This document shows positions 13,065-26,771 of a DNA stretch of 64,000 nucleotides, in pieces; position 1 is the first letter of the stretch, and each line of letters begins with the position of its first letter. Source of the DNA: Eledone cirrhosa. Its lineage: Eukaryota. Both the position numbers and the translations under genes were made by a program. The notes under the pieces were generated by a model. The model saw nothing but the letters and a program-made list of their open reading frames with translations. It ran no database searches and was not told the origin of the DNA. Location of the stretch: NCBI GenBank assembly GCA_964016885.1, contig OZ024740.1:356066001-356130000 (forward strand), read 5' to 3'.

Positions 13065-13359
13065 ACTAAGTAACTATGAGAGTGACGAGCTTGAGTCCTA
13101 CATCCCCAACTCAGTAACTAGCTTTGATAGTGTAGCAGGTTTTTTCATTTTTCATCTTTCTGATTACTTTATTTTTTGTCATTTTTGGTAGCTGATCCAT
13201 CTGTTAAGTCTGCTGTGAACAGACCCTCTTCTTCCATTCATTCTCCACATTCATCAACCTCTTATAATAAAATTGTCAGGTCTCTTTCTTCTGAACATTG
13301 GTGGGACTAAATGTATCAGTATGTTGCCTCTGGTATAGCTACCAGACTATGAATTCCTT

Positions 13360-13553
13360 AACTGACCAGAATTCTCTCACCTCTTTGTGTTCAGACTGGC
13401 TGCAACCAGCTCTTTATACTGATGTCATGGTATTGTTCCCAAAATGAATATCAAAATCTCATAGATTTGATATTATGTGAAATAATTATATGAGATAAAG
13501 CCTTTACCATGAAAATACAATAGTAAATATAGAGTAATGTAAATGCTAAAGGG
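13360..13553. mobile_element. piggyBac-like MITE, partial
   Basis: Ends taaatgctaaaggg|TTAA; internal sequence matches 36558-36771. Confidence 0.65.
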
Positions 13554-14285
13554 TTAAACTCCCCATCTCTCACTATCTTTATATTTACCCCTTACTGACA
13601 TTCTCCCTTTTTCTACCTGCTCTTTCTCCCTGTCAGTCCTGCTATCAATCTCTATGTTCATTTTATCAATACATTGACTAATTGATAACAGGTATGCAAC
13701 TTCATAGTATTAATCTCAAGAAAATACATCCATTCTGCCAATCATGCTCAGAAACAATATATACACATACACATATACATATAATGTTTGTGTGTGTGTT
13801 TCTCCCTCTCTCTCTCTCTAACTATGTCTTCATATCAACACTGTTTAAAGCAAGCAGTGATGTTTGTTTATATCCTACATAAACAAAAATGAGTGGTACA
13901 TAGCATATTTAAAAGTAATATGTAAGGGCTGGCAACAGAAAGGAGATCCAGATATAGAAACTGCCTCTTCTCTATAATTATTCCTTTTAAATGTGGAAAA
14001 TAGTTGGCATTAGAAAGGGTATATTCAGCTGAAAAATATCCTAAGACTTCTATAAACTTGCCAGAGAATTTGTCAGGAACCAAGTATTAGAAGTGTGATA
14101 AAACTTTTTGACACATTATAGTATACACCAATATTAAGAAATAATCAAAAGTGAATGTAACAGTTTTTGTGTCTGTTTTAAAATGTTTATATAAAGTAAT
14201 AATTAATTCTTGATAAATATTGGCATTGAAACATTGTTTAAAATAGGTAAAAAATAAAATATAAATGGTAAAAAGACCTTAATTC

Positions 14286-14466
14286 ATAATTGTTTCTACT
14301 ATTGACACAAGGTCAGCAATTATCCCAGTACATTACTGGTACTTTATTTCATCGATCCCGTAAGGATGAAAGGCAAAGTTAACCTCGGGAAGGATTTGAA
14401 CTCAGATCATAAAGGGCCGTAACTCTTTGGTGCAAAGCATGGCGTCCGACCCTCTACTGATACTGC
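14286..14466 (-). mobile_element. SINE family B
   Basis: Reverse complement of the 1311-1478 and 14774-14960 consensus. Confidence 0.85.
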
Positions 14467-14773
14467 TCATAATGAAGTCATATGAGCAATGTCCTAATAC
14501 ATTGCATGACTTGAGCATTCTAAATCTTGTGGACCCATTTCCACCTCCAGGGAAAGAGAGAGAGAGAGAGAGATAGTGAGAGAGAGGGAGGGAGGGAGAG
14601 AGAGAGAGAAAACCAATCCTAGTACTGGACAGGTACTTTATTTATCAACATTACAAAAGAATGAAAGACAAAGTTGATCTTGAAAGGATTTGAACTTAGA
14701 ATGCAGTGAGCAAGAACAAATACTGAGGCATTTTTAATTTGTAGCCTTAAAATCCCTGCCAATTTGCCCCCAT

Positions 14774-15243
14774 TGGATTGGCAGTATTGGTAGAGTCGGG
14801 TGCCATGCTTTGAAGCATAGAGTTACCTCCATTTATGATCTGAGTTCAAATCCCGCCGAGGTTAACTTTGCCTTTCATCCTTACGGGGTCGATAAAATAA
14901 AGTACCAGTAATGCACTGGGATAATTGCTGGCCTGGTGCCAAAAATAGAAACAATTATTTAAAGAAGAGGTGGATTGGCAGTATTGGTAGAGGGTCGGAC
15001 GCCATGCTTTGATGCAAAGAGTTACGGCCCTTTATGGTCTGAGTTTAAATCACCCCGAGGTTACCTTTGCTTTTCATCCTTACGGAGTCGATGAAATAAA
15101 GTACCAGTAATACACTGAGATAATAACTGGCTTTGTGCTAAAAGTAGAAACAATTATTTAAAGAAGAGAGCGGTGGATTGGCAGAATCGATAGAGCGTCC
15201 TTGGCAGCATAGAGTTACGTCCCTTTATGTTCTGAGTTCAAAA
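14774..15243 (+). mobile_element. Head-to-tail tandem of three SINE family B copies (third truncated)
   Basis: Heads tggattggcag at 14774, 14971 and 15174; units joined by aattatttaaagaagag. Confidence 0.9.
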
Positions 15244-15655
15244 CCTTGGCAGGATTTGAACTCTATTTGATTTTTATTGGAGAGAAATTCGGCTGCTATC
15301 TCTAGCAGGTAGAGAAATCATAATTTTTTTTTTATCTGATTTTGGCAAATCTTCTGGTCAAGTTACGCCACACTTGGAAAAAACAAAACAAAACAAAAAA
15401 ACCCCAATATTTTTGGTGTTACTTACAATTTTAATGTATTTCTCTTCTCATTCTCTTCTCCAAGAGGTGTACTAGATTTTTCCCTTCCAAATTCTTGGTT
15501 TTTTGCCATTTTCTTTGTTTTTATTGAATTCTCAGTACATCCACAATTATTCAGTTCGCAGTTAAGAAACCATGGGTATTTTTAACAAAATGTTTATAAT
15601 GCTGTTGTTGGATTATATTCTAATTAAAGGTATGCTGATACAAACATACAGCGAC

Positions 15656-15712
15656 ACACACTGATGAGTATGTTTGACTGATGACAGCCGCATGAAACCT
15701 TTAGGTATGATG
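15656..15712 (+). ncRNA. Hammerhead ribozyme-like motif (partly decayed)
   Basis: ca-CTGATGA-gtatg...cgcat-GAAA-cct(tt)agg-TA-tg. Stem III is good; stems I and II are imperfect. Confidence 0.45.
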
Positions 15713-15951
15713 AGATAATCCAGTTTATCAAAGCGCAATGTGTGAACATATGCGTGTATGTTTTTAAAATGTATTTGAAAGTATAAATGTGATTATGTAT
15801 GCACGAATTTATGTGTGTTTGTGTGCATAGGTTTCACTTATACCATATGCATGTTATATGTGTGGGTGTGAGAGTGCGTATTGTAGGGTAAAAAAGTTCT
15901 TTTTACTGTGTATATTATGTGGGTGTGTATATATATATATGTATTATGATG

Positions 15952-15982
<31 letters not shown>

Positions 15983-16114
15983 GTATATTTGTGTATGTGT
16001 AGGGTATTTATATATGTATATATGAGTGTGTGTTTGAATTCATGTGAGTAAAAGTATCCAAATGCAAGTTCATATGCATGCCCATGAAATTATAAAGTTT
16101 GTTTATATATATGA

Positions 16115-16177
<63 letters not shown>

Positions 16178-16444
16178 TATATACATATACAACTTTTGCT
16201 AACATGGAAATAGGACGTTAAATGATGATGATGAGAATGTTGATGCTGATGTTAATAATGATGTTGATGATGATATGTATATATGTCTGAGCACGTGTAA
16301 GTATGTATGTGTGTGTTTGTATGGGTGAAAATATCTAATACTGCAAGGAAGAATATTGTTTCACTTGTTGCCTAGGTGACAGCAGAGGTCAGAATGAGAT
16401 TGCAGCTGTGCTTCCTTGTGAAGATTCTGTATTTTATATAACTA

Positions 16445-16487
16445 CACTCACACACACACACACACACATAGCACACATATACATACA

Positions 16488-16522
<35 letters not shown>

Positions 16523-16539
16523 GCACACATACACATACA

Positions 16540-16575
<36 letters not shown>

Positions 16576-17860
16576 TACACATACACTTACACACACACAC
16601 GCACACACACACACACACACATACACACACACATACACTCACATACACACACACACATACACACACATACACTTACATACACACACACTCACACACACAC
16701 ACATACACTCACACACACACACACTCACACACACACACTCACACACACACACGCATACACACACATACACTTACACACACACACTGACACTGACACACAC
16801 ACACACCCACCCACACACATACACACACAGACATACACTTACACACACACTCACACACACACACACACACACTTACACACGCACACACACACTTACACAC
16901 ACACACACATACACTTACACACACACACTCTCACACACCCACCCACACACCCACACACTCACACACATACATACACACACACACATACACATACACACAC
17001 ATACACTCACACACACACATACACACACATACACACACATACACTTACACACACACACACACTCACACACATACACACACATACACACACACACACACTG
17101 ACACACACACATACACACACACTCACACACACATACACACACCTACACTTACACACACACACACTCACACACACATACACTCACACACACACACACACAC
17201 ACACATACACACACATACACTCACACACACACATACACTCACACACACACACATACACTTACACACACACACACTCACACGCACACATACACACACATAC
17301 ACTCACACACACACACACACATACACACACACACATACGCACACACACGCTCACCCACACACACATACACACACACGCACTCACACACACACATACACAC
17401 ACATACACTCACACACTCACACAGACTCACACTCACACATACATACACATGCACTCACACACACTCACACACACACACTCACTCACACACTTACACACAC
17501 ACACACACTCATACACACACACACTCACATACGCACACACACACACTCACACACTCACACACTTACACACACACACACACACTCACACACACTCACACAC
17601 TTACACACTTACATACATGCACACAAACATACATACGCACGTACACGTTCACACACATAAACACACACGCACACACACACACTCACACACTTGCACACTT
17701 ACACACATGGACACAAACATACATACGCACGTACACGTTCACAGACATAAACACACACACACACACTCACACACTTACACACTCACAGACACACTTACAC
17801 ACATGCACACAAACATACATACGCACGTACACGTTCACACACACACACATACGCACATAC
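16445..17860. repeat. ~1.4-kb degenerate (CA)n microsatellite
   Basis: Continuous CA/CACT/CATA repeats. Confidence 0.95.
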
Positions 17861-17982
17861 ATATATATATATTATATAACTATACACACATAAATACATT
17901 AGTACATATATAACTATACACATACATATAAATACATTAGTATATATATATTTTCTAAAACTATTTACACTCACTCACACAT

Positions 17983-18250
17983 ATATACATACATATATTT
18001 TATATACCTACATACATAGACATATATACACTAGTACATATATTTTATAGAACTACATGCATACATATATTTTATATACCTACATACATACATATATTTT
18101 ATATACCTACATACATACATATATTTTATATACCTACATACATACATATATTTTATATACCTACATACATACATATATTTTATATACCTACATACATACA
18201 TATATTTTATATACCTACATACATACATATATTTTATATGCCTACATACA
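17983..18250. repeat. 27-bp minisatellite (atatattttatatacctacatacatac)
   Basis: About 7 or more tandem units; 9-aa periodicity in the ORF track. Confidence 0.9.
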
Positions 18251-18570
18251 TAGACATATATACACTAGTACATATATTTTATAGAACTACATGCATACAC
18301 ACACATACATTAATACATATATTTTATAGGACTCCACACACACACACTCCCTCTTTCTCTCACATACACACTCTCTCTCTCTCTTTCTCTCTCTCACACA
18401 CACACTCTCTCTCATACACACACTCTCTCTCTCCCACACACACACTCTCTCTCTCCCACACACACATGTTACTACATATAGCACACTAGTCAGTATAAGA
18501 GACAAAGAAGGAAGAGAATTGGTAACTAAGGAAGATTTCTCAGGGGTGTAAAGTATGGCATGAAAGAAAG

Positions 18571-21500
18571 GTGTAGTGGTAGTGGTGGTGGTGTAGTGGT
18601 AGTGTAGGCTGTAGTGGTAGTGGTGGTGGTGTAGTGGTAGTGTAGGCTGTAGTGGTAGTGGTGGTGGTGTTAGGGGTGGTGTAGGCTGTAGTGGTGGTGG
18701 TGGTGTAGTGGTAGTGTAGGCTGTAGTGGTAGTGGTGGTGGTGTAGTGGTAGTGTAGGCTGTAGTGGTAGTGGTGGTGGTGTTAGGGGTAGTGTAGGCTG
18801 TAGTGGTAGTGGTGGTGGTGTTAGGGGTGGTGTAGGCTGTAGTGGTGGTGGTGGTGTAGTGGTAGTGTAGGCTGTAGTGGTAGTGGTGGTGGTGTAGTGG
18901 TAGTGTAGGCTGTAGTGGTAGTGGTGGTGGTGTTAGGGGTGGTGTAGGCTGTAGTGGTAGTGGTGTTAGGGGTGGTGTAGGCTGTAGTGGTGGTGGTGGT
19001 GTAGTGGTAGTGTAGGCTGTTTAGTGGTATTGGTGGTGGTGTTAGGGGTGGTGTAGGCTGTAGTGGTAGTGGTGGTGGTGTTAGGGGTGGTGTAGGCTGT
19101 AGTGGTAGTGGTGGTGGTGTTAGGGGTGGTGTAGGCTGTAGTGATAGTGGTGGTGGTGTAGTGGTAGTGTAGGCTGTAGTGGTAGTGGTGTTAGGGGTGG
19201 TGTAGGCTGTAGTGGTAGTGTAGGCTGTAGTGGTAGTGGTGGTGGTGTTAGGGGTGGTGTAGGCTGTAGTGGTAGTAGTGGTGGTGTTAGGGGTGGTGTA
19301 GGCTGTAGTGGTCATGGTGGTGGTGTTAGGGGTGGTGTAGGTGGTGTAGTGGTAGTGGTGGTGGTGTTAGGGGTGGTGTAGGTAGTAGTGGTGGTGGTGT
19401 TAGGGGTGGAGTAGGCTGTAGTGGTAGTGGTGGTGTAGTGGTAGTGTTGGCTGTAGTGGTAGTGTAGGCTGTAGTGGTAGTGGTGGTGGTGTAGTGGTAG
19501 TGTAGGCTGTAGTGGTAGTGGTGGTGGTGTTAGGGGTGGTGTAGGCTGTAGTGGTGGTGGTGGTGTAGTGGTAGTGTTGGCTGTAGTGGTAGTGGTGGTG
19601 GTGTAGTGGTAGTGTAGGCTGTAGTGGTAGTGGTGGTGGTGTTAGGGGTGGTGTAGGCTGTAGTGGTAGTGGTGGTGGTGTAGTTGTAGTGTAGGCTGTA
19701 GTGGTAGTGGTGGCGGTGTTAGGGGTGGTGTAGGCTGTAGTGGTAGTGGTGGTGGTGTAGTTGTAGTGTAGGGTGTAGTGGTAGTGGTGGTGGTGTAGTT
19801 GTATTGTAGGCTGTAGTGATAGTGGTGGTGGTGTAGTGGTAGTGTAGGCTGTAGTGGTAGTGGTGGTGGTGTAGTTGTAGTGTAGGCTGTAGTGGTAGTG
19901 GTGGTGGTGTAGTTGTAGTGTAGGCTGTAGTGGTAGTGGTGGTGGTGTAGTGGTAGTGTAGGCTGTAGTGGTAGTGGTGGTGGTGTTAGGGGTGATGTAG
20001 GCTGTAGTGGTAGTGGTGGTGGTGTAGTGGTAGTGTAGGCTGTAGTGGTAGTGGTGGTGGTGTAGTTGTAGTGTAGGCTGTAGTGATAGTGGTGGTGGTG
20101 TAGTGGTAGTGTAGGCTGTAGTGGTAGTGGTGGTGGTGTAGTGGTAGTGTAGGCTGTAGTGGTGGTGGTGTTAGGGGTGGTGTAGGCTGTAGTGGTAGTA
20201 GTGGTGGTGTTAGGGGTGGTGTAGGCTGTAGTGGTCATGGTGGTGGTGTTAGGGGTGGTGTAGGTGGTGTAGTGGTAGTGTAGGTTGTAGTAGTAGTGGT
20301 GGTGGTGTTAGGGGTGGTGTAGGGAGTAGTGGTGGTGGTGTTAGGGGTGGAGTAGGCTGTAGTGGTAGTGGTGGTGGTGTAGTGGTAGTGTAGGTTGTAG
20401 TGGTAGTAGTGGTGGTGTAGTGGTAGTGTAGGCTGTAGTGGTAGTGGTGGTGGTGTTAGGGGTGGTGTAGGCTGTAGTGGTGGTGGTGGTGTAGTGGTAG
20501 TGTTGGCTGTAGTGGTAGTGGTGGTGGTGTAGTGGTAATGTAGGCTGTAGTGGTAGTGGTGGTGGTGTAGTGGTAGTGTAGGCTGTAGTGGTAGTGGTGG
20601 TGGTGTTAGGGGTGGTGTAGGCTGTAGTGGTAGTGGTGGTGGTGTTAGGGGTGGTGTAGGCTGTAGTGGTGGTGGTGGTGTAGTGGTAGTGTTGGCTGTA
20701 GTGGTAGTGGTGGTGGTGTAGTGGTAATGTAGGCTGTAGTGGTAGTGGTGGTGGTGTAGTGGTAGTGTAGGCTGTAGTGGTAGTGGTGGTGGTGTTAGGG
20801 GTGGAGTAGGCTGTAGTGGTAGTGGTGGTGGTGTAGTGGTAGTGTAGGCTGTAGTGGTAGTGGTGGTGGTGTTAGGGGTGGTGTAGGCTGTAGTGGTAGT
20901 GGTGGTGGTGTAGTTGTAGTGTAGGCTGTAGTGGTAGTGGTGGTGGTGTAGTGGTAGTGTAGGCTGTAGTGGTAGTGGTGGTGGTGTTAGGGGTGGTGTA
21001 GGCTGTAGTGGTAGTGGTGGTGGTGTAGTTGTAGTGTAGGCTGTAGTGGTAGTGGTGGTGGTGTAGTGGTAGTGTAGGCTGTAGTGGTAGTGGTGGTGGT
21101 GTAGTTGTAGTGTAGGCTGTAGTGGTAGTGGTGGTGGTGTTAGGGGTGGTGTAGGCTGTAGTGGTAGTGGTGGTGGTGTAGTTGTAGTGTAGGCTGTAGT
21201 GGTAGTGGTGGTGGTGTAGTGGTAATGTAGGCTGTAGTGGTAGTGGTGGTGGTGTTAGGGGTGGTGTAGGCTGTAGTGGTAGTGGTGGTGGTGTAGTTGT
21301 AGTGTAGGCTGTAGTGGTAGTGGTGGTGGTGTAGTTGTAGTGTAGGCTGTAGTGGTAGTGGTGGTGGTGTTAGGGGTGGTGTAGGCTGTAGTGGTAGTAG
21401 TGGTGGTGTTAGGGGTGGTGTAGGCTGTAGTGGTAGTGGTGGTGGTGTAGTGGTAGTGTAGGCTGTAGTGGTAGTGGTGGTGGTGTTAGGGGTGGTGTAG

Positions 21501-23640
21501 GCTGTAGTGGTATTGGTGGTGGTGTTAGGGGTGGAGTAGGCTGTAGTGGTAGCAGTGGTGGTGTAGTGGTAGTGTAGGCAGTAGTGGTAGTGGTGGTGGT
21601 GTTAGGGGTGGTGTAGGCTGTAGTGGTAGTGGTGGTGGTGTAGTGGTAGTGTAGGCTGTAGTGGTAGTGGTGGTGGTGTTAGGGGTGGTGTAGGCTGTAG
21701 TGGTAGTGGTGGTGGTGTAGTGGTAGTGTAGGCTGTAGTGGTAGTGTAGGCTGTAGTGGTAGTGGTGGTGGTGTTAGGGGTGGTGTAGGCTGTAGTGGTA
21801 GTGGTGGAGGTGCTAGGGGTGGTGTAGGCTGTAGTGTTAGTGGTGGTGGTGTAGTGGTAGTGTAGGCTGAAGTGGTAGTGGTGGTGGTGTTAGGGGTGGT
21901 GTAGGCTGTAGTGGTAGTGGTGGTGGTGTTAGGGGTGGTGTAGGCTGTAGTGTTAGTGGTGGTGGTGTAGTGGTAGTGTAGGCTGAAGTGGTAGTGGTGG
22001 TGGTGTTAGGGGTGGTGTAGGCTGTAGTGGTATTGGTGGTGGTGTAGTGGTAGTGTAGGCTGTAGTGGTAGTGGTGGTGGTGTAGTGGTAGTGTAGGCTG
22101 TAGTGGTAGTGGTGGTGATGTTAGAGGTGGTGTAGGCTGTAGTGGTAGTGGTGGTGGTGTAGTTGTAGTGTAGGCTGTAGTGGTAGTGGTGGTGGTGTTA
22201 GGGGTGGTGTAGGCTGTAGTGGTATTGGTGGTGGTGTAGTGGTAGTGTAGGCTGTAGTGGTAGTGGTTGTGATGTTAGAGGTGGTGTAGGCTGTAGTGGT
22301 AGTGGTGGTGGTGTAGTGGTAGTGTAGGCTGTAGTGGTAGTGGTGGTGGTGTTAGGGGTGGTGTAGGCTGTAGTGGTAGTGGTGGTGGTGTTAGGGGTGG
22401 TGTAGGCTGTAGTGGTAGTGGTGGTGGTGTAGTGGTAGTGTAGGCTGTAGTGGTAGTGGTTGTGATGTTAGAGGTGGTGTAGGCTGTAGTGGTATTGGTG
22501 GTGGTGTAGTGGTAGTGTAGGCTGTAGTGGTAGTGGTGGTGGTGTTAGGGGTGGTGTAGGCTGTAGTGGTAGTGGTGGTGGTGTAGTGGTAGTGTAGGCT
22601 GTAGTGGTAGGGGTGATGGTGTTAGGGGTGGTGTAGGCTGTAGTGGTAGTGGTGTTGGTGTTAGGGGTGGTGTAGGCTGTAGTGGTTGTGGTGGTGGTGT
22701 TAGGGGTGGTGTAGGCTGTAGTGGTAGTGGTTGTGATGTTAGAGGTGGTGTAGGCTGTAGTGGTATTGGTGGTGGTGTAGTGGTAGTGTAGGCTGTAGTG
22801 GTAGTGGTGGTGGTGTTAGGGGTGGTGTAGGCTGTAGTGGTAGTGGTGGTGGTGTAGTGGTAGTGTAGGCTGTAGTGGTAGGGGTGATGGTGTTAGGGGT
22901 GGTGTAGGCTGTAGTGGTTGTGGTGGTGGTGTTAGGGGTGGTGTAGGCTGTAGTGGTAGTGGTGGTGGTGTTAGGGGTGGTGTAGGCTGTAGTGGTAGTG
23001 GTTGTGATGTTAGAGGTGGTGTAGGCTGTAGTGGTATTGGTGGTGGTGTAGTGGTAGTGTAGGCTGTAGTGGTAGTGGTGGTGGTGTTAGGGGTGGTGTA
23101 GGCTGTAGTGGTAGTTATGGTGGTGTTAGTGGTAGTGGTGGTGATGTTAGGGGTAGTGTAGGCTGTAGTGGTAGTGATGGTGCTGTTAGGGGTGGTGTAG
23201 GCTGTAGTGGTAGTGGTGGTGGTGTTAGGGGTAGTGTAGGCTGTAGTGGTAGTGATGGTGGTGTTAGTGGTAGTGGTGGTGATGTTAGGGGTAGTGTAGG
23301 CTGTAGTGGTAGTGATGGTGCTGTTAGGGGTGGTGTAGGCTGTAGTGGTAGTGGTGGTGGTGTTAGGGGTAGTGTAGGCTGTAGTGGTAGTGAAGGTGGT
23401 GTTAGTGGTAGTGGTGGTGATGTTAGGGGTAGTGTAGGCTGTAGTGGTAGTGATGGTGCTGTTAGGGGTGGTGTAGGCTGTAGTGGTAGTGGTGGTGCTG
23501 TTAGGGGTAGTGTAGGCTGTAGTGGTAGTGATGGTGGTGTTAGTGGTAGTGGTGGTGATGTTAGGGGTAGTGTAGGCTGTAGTGGTAGTGATGGTGGTGT
23601 TAGTGGTAGTGGTGGTGATGTTAGGGGTAGCGTAGGCTGT
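18571..23640. repeat. ~5-kb G-rich 38/39-bp minisatellite
   Basis: Units gtaggctgtagtggtagtggtggtggt followed by either gtagtggtagt (38 bp) or gttaggggtggt (39 bp). Confidence 0.95.
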
Positions 23641-25250
23641 AGTGGTAGTGGTGTTAGTGGTAGTGGTGGTGATGTTAGTGGTAATGGTGGAGATGAATTT
23701 TGTGGTGGTGATGGTAGTGATGGTGATGAATGTTGTGGTGCTGGTGGTAGTGGTAGTGATGATTGTTGTGGTGGTGGTGGTAGTGGTAGTGGTGGTGATG
23801 AATGTTGTGGTGGTGGTGGTAGTGGTAGTGGTGGTGATGATTGTTGTGGGGTGGTGGTAGTGGTAGTGGTGGTGATGATTGTTGTGGTGGTGGTGTTAGT
23901 GGTAGTGGTGGTGATGATTGTTGTGGGGGTGGTAGTGGTCGTGATGATTGTTGTGGGGGTGGTAGTGGTGGTGATGGTTGTTGTGGGGGTGGTAGTGGTG
24001 GTGATGGTTGTTGTGAGGGTGGTAGTGGTGGTGATGATTGTTGTGGTGGTGGTAGTGGTGGTGATGATTGTTGTGGGGGTGGTAGTGGTCGTGATGGTTG
24101 TTGTGGGGTGGTAGTGGTGGTGATGATTGTTGTGGGGGTGGTGGTAGTGGTAGTGGTGGTGGTGTTATTGGTGGTGGTAGTGGTAGTGGTGGTGATGAAT
24201 GTTGTGGTTGGGGGTGTTAGTGGTAGTGGTGGTAGTGGTAGTGGTGGTGGTGTTAGTGGTAGTGGTGGTGATGATTGTTGTGGTGGTGGTAGTGGTAGTG
24301 GTGGTGATGAATGTTGTGGTTGGGGGTGTTAGTGGTAGTGGTGGTGGTGATTGTTGTGGGGGTGGTGGTAGTGGTAGTGGTGGTGGTGTTAGTGGTGGTG
24401 GTAGTGGTAGTGGTGGTGATGAATGTTGTGGTTGGGGGTGTTAGTGGTAGTGGTGGAGGTGATTGTTGTGGGGGTGGTGGTAGTGGTGGTGATGATTGTT
24501 GTGGTGTAGGCTGAAGTGGTAGTGGTGGTGATGATTGTTGTGGTAGTGGTAGTGGTGGTGATGTTTGTTGTGGTAGTGGTAGTGGTGGTGATGTTTGTTG
24601 TGGTAGTGGTAGTGGTGGTGATGTTTGTTGTGGTAGTGATGACTGTTGTTGTGGTAGTGGTAGTGGTGGTGATGAATGTTGTGGTAGGTGGTGTTAGTAG
24701 TAGTGGTGGTGATGGTAGTGGTAGTGGTGTTGATGATAGTTGTGGTGGTGGTGGTAGTGGTAGTGATGATTGTTGTGGTGGTGGTTGAGGATGTAATGAT
24801 GGTGTTGGTGGTGATGGTAGTGGCGTTGATGGTAGTGGTGGTTGTGGTAATGGTGGTGGTTGTAATGATGCTGTTAGTGTTGGTGGTAGTGTTGTTGATG
24901 GTAGTAGTATCAATTGTAGTGGTTTCGGTGGTAGTGGTGGTGTTGGTATCAGTGGTTGTGATGTTGGTGGTGATGGTAATGTTGGTAGGAGTACTGTTAG
25001 TGTTAGTGGTTTTTGTAGTGGTGGTGTTGGTGGTAGAGATGTTGGTGGTAGTGGTGGTGGTGGTAATGGTGATGGTGGGAATGGTGATGGTGCGAATGGT
25101 GTTAGTGGTAAGGGTGTTAGTGGTAGTGGTGTTGGTCATGGTGTTGTTGGTTGTAGTGGTATTGGTGGTGGTGATGTTGGTAGTAGTGTTGTTAGTGGTA
25201 GTGGTGTTGCTGGTAGTGGTGTTAATGGTAGTGGTGATGGTGGCTGGGAT
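23641..25250. repeat. Degenerate (GGT/GTT/GAT)n trinucleotide repeat region
   Basis: Poly-Val/Gly/Thr translations; continuous with the minisatellite. Confidence 0.9.
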
Positions 25251-25536
25251 GTAGATAAACAGAACTGATGAGGCAGTGATGGGGAGGGAGGTGAAGTGAA
25301 AGGCTGATAGACAAGATAAAAGAAACAAATAAATAAATGATTTTAGAATAAATATAAATAAAAAAATAGAAAATAAAAACTGAAATGAAGTTCTTATCAG
25401 ATCAACATGTTTGGATAGAAAATAAATTTTGTTTTACTTTAGTCTGTCTATCTATTTGTCTGTCTGTCTTTCTGACTGCCTGTCTGTCCATATGTCTATT
25501 TATCTATCTATCTATGTCTGTCTACATGTCTGTCTG

Positions 25537-26637
25537 CTGATGCCTAAACACGCATTAAGACTACGGCACCTCCAGGTATTCCTCACCGGTCAACCGGTGT
25601 GGGCCCCGTTTGTGAGACGAACCTTTCCGAGACTCATCTCACTCACCGAGCTGCAATCCTGTGTCAAGCAAAGGCCGAGAAAACTGGGCGCCTGGCGCAC
25701 AAAGTGTTCCCAGGCGCTCACGGCTCTCTGGCAGGCGGACCTGCTATCAGTAGAGACTCCACCTCGACATTCTATAGAGGGCTGGTGCACAGCAGGTGTG
25801 ACGATGCCTTCGGAGAAGACCTAGACATGGAGGAAGACGAACTGGCCAGCCTGTTAGGTAGGACATTTAGCCCGGGACCTATGGACAACTTCCAGAGGTC
25901 CCTGACCTGGCCGTGCTACCGAGGGGCTCTACCCGTTCGAGAAAAGCTCTACAGACACGGGTGCCCGGGTAGGGACCCCTCGAAAAAGATCTGTCCCAGA
26001 TGTGTACGCAACAAGGAAACTGTTGCGCATGCATTGGTACACTGCCCGGGCGTTGCCGATCTGTGGGGCTATGTCGAACAACTGCTGTCACGGGTGGAAC
26101 CTATCTGGTTGACCACCGAGTCCATTATAATGATCAAGCCGCCTCGCCCCTTCAAAAATGCAGGAGAGGCGGTGTTTCTGTGGGTAATAGCCATGGTGAA
26201 AGAGGTTGTATGGTGGACGCATTTGAAAGGGCTGGGGTCTGGCACCTTTCTCTCTGGCCAACAACTGGTCCTTTTCTTCCGATATCATTTCGGAAGAAGG
26301 ATCAGGATGGAGAGAGAGGTGCTCCACCCCAGCCAGTTTTATGAAAGATGGGTGAAAGTGGCGAGAATGGCCCGTGTGAATGGGCCTTCTCTTTATATCA
26401 GCCTGTAGGTGAAAAAGATGGAAGAACAAGGGAGCACCCTGTCTCTGTATTCCTGAGGAGAAGGGTTGCACACTTTTTCGGGGGTGTGTGCAACCCCCCA
26501 AAACGCCTCCTCCCTATTGAGGACTGTATTGTTAATTTTATATTTGTTATTTGTTTTTTACTCGTTCTTTTTTGTAAACCCCCCCCCCCCCATGTATTTG
26601 TCCCCTTCTTTTGTGCCCTCGTGGCAATAAATAGAAA
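25537..26637 (+). mobile_element. 5'-truncated L1/Tx1-clade LINE (C-terminal zf-RVT region + 3' UTR)
   Basis: HALRLRHL, then ALPVREKLYRHG...CPRC-x4-ETVAHALVHC (CCHC zinc knuckle typical of the L1/Tx1 ORF2 C-terminus). GC-rich island ending in aataaatagaaa, embedded in TCTA/TCTG repeats. Confidence 0.85.
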
Positions 26638-26724
26638 TCTATCTATCTATGTGTGTCATCTACCTATCTGTCTGTCTTTCTCTCTATTTATCTACCTGTC
26701 TCTCTGTGTTTATCTCTCTCTGTC

Positions 26725-26771
<47 letters not shown>

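Noticed and set aside
16408-17913. 501-aa His/Thr ORF
   Set aside because: Translation of a (CA)n microsatellite.
18821-25328. Mucin-like Thr/Pro and poly-Val/Gly ORFs
   Set aside because: Translations of minisatellite and trinucleotide repeats; frames switch with the 38/39-bp units, and there is no signal peptide or splice context.
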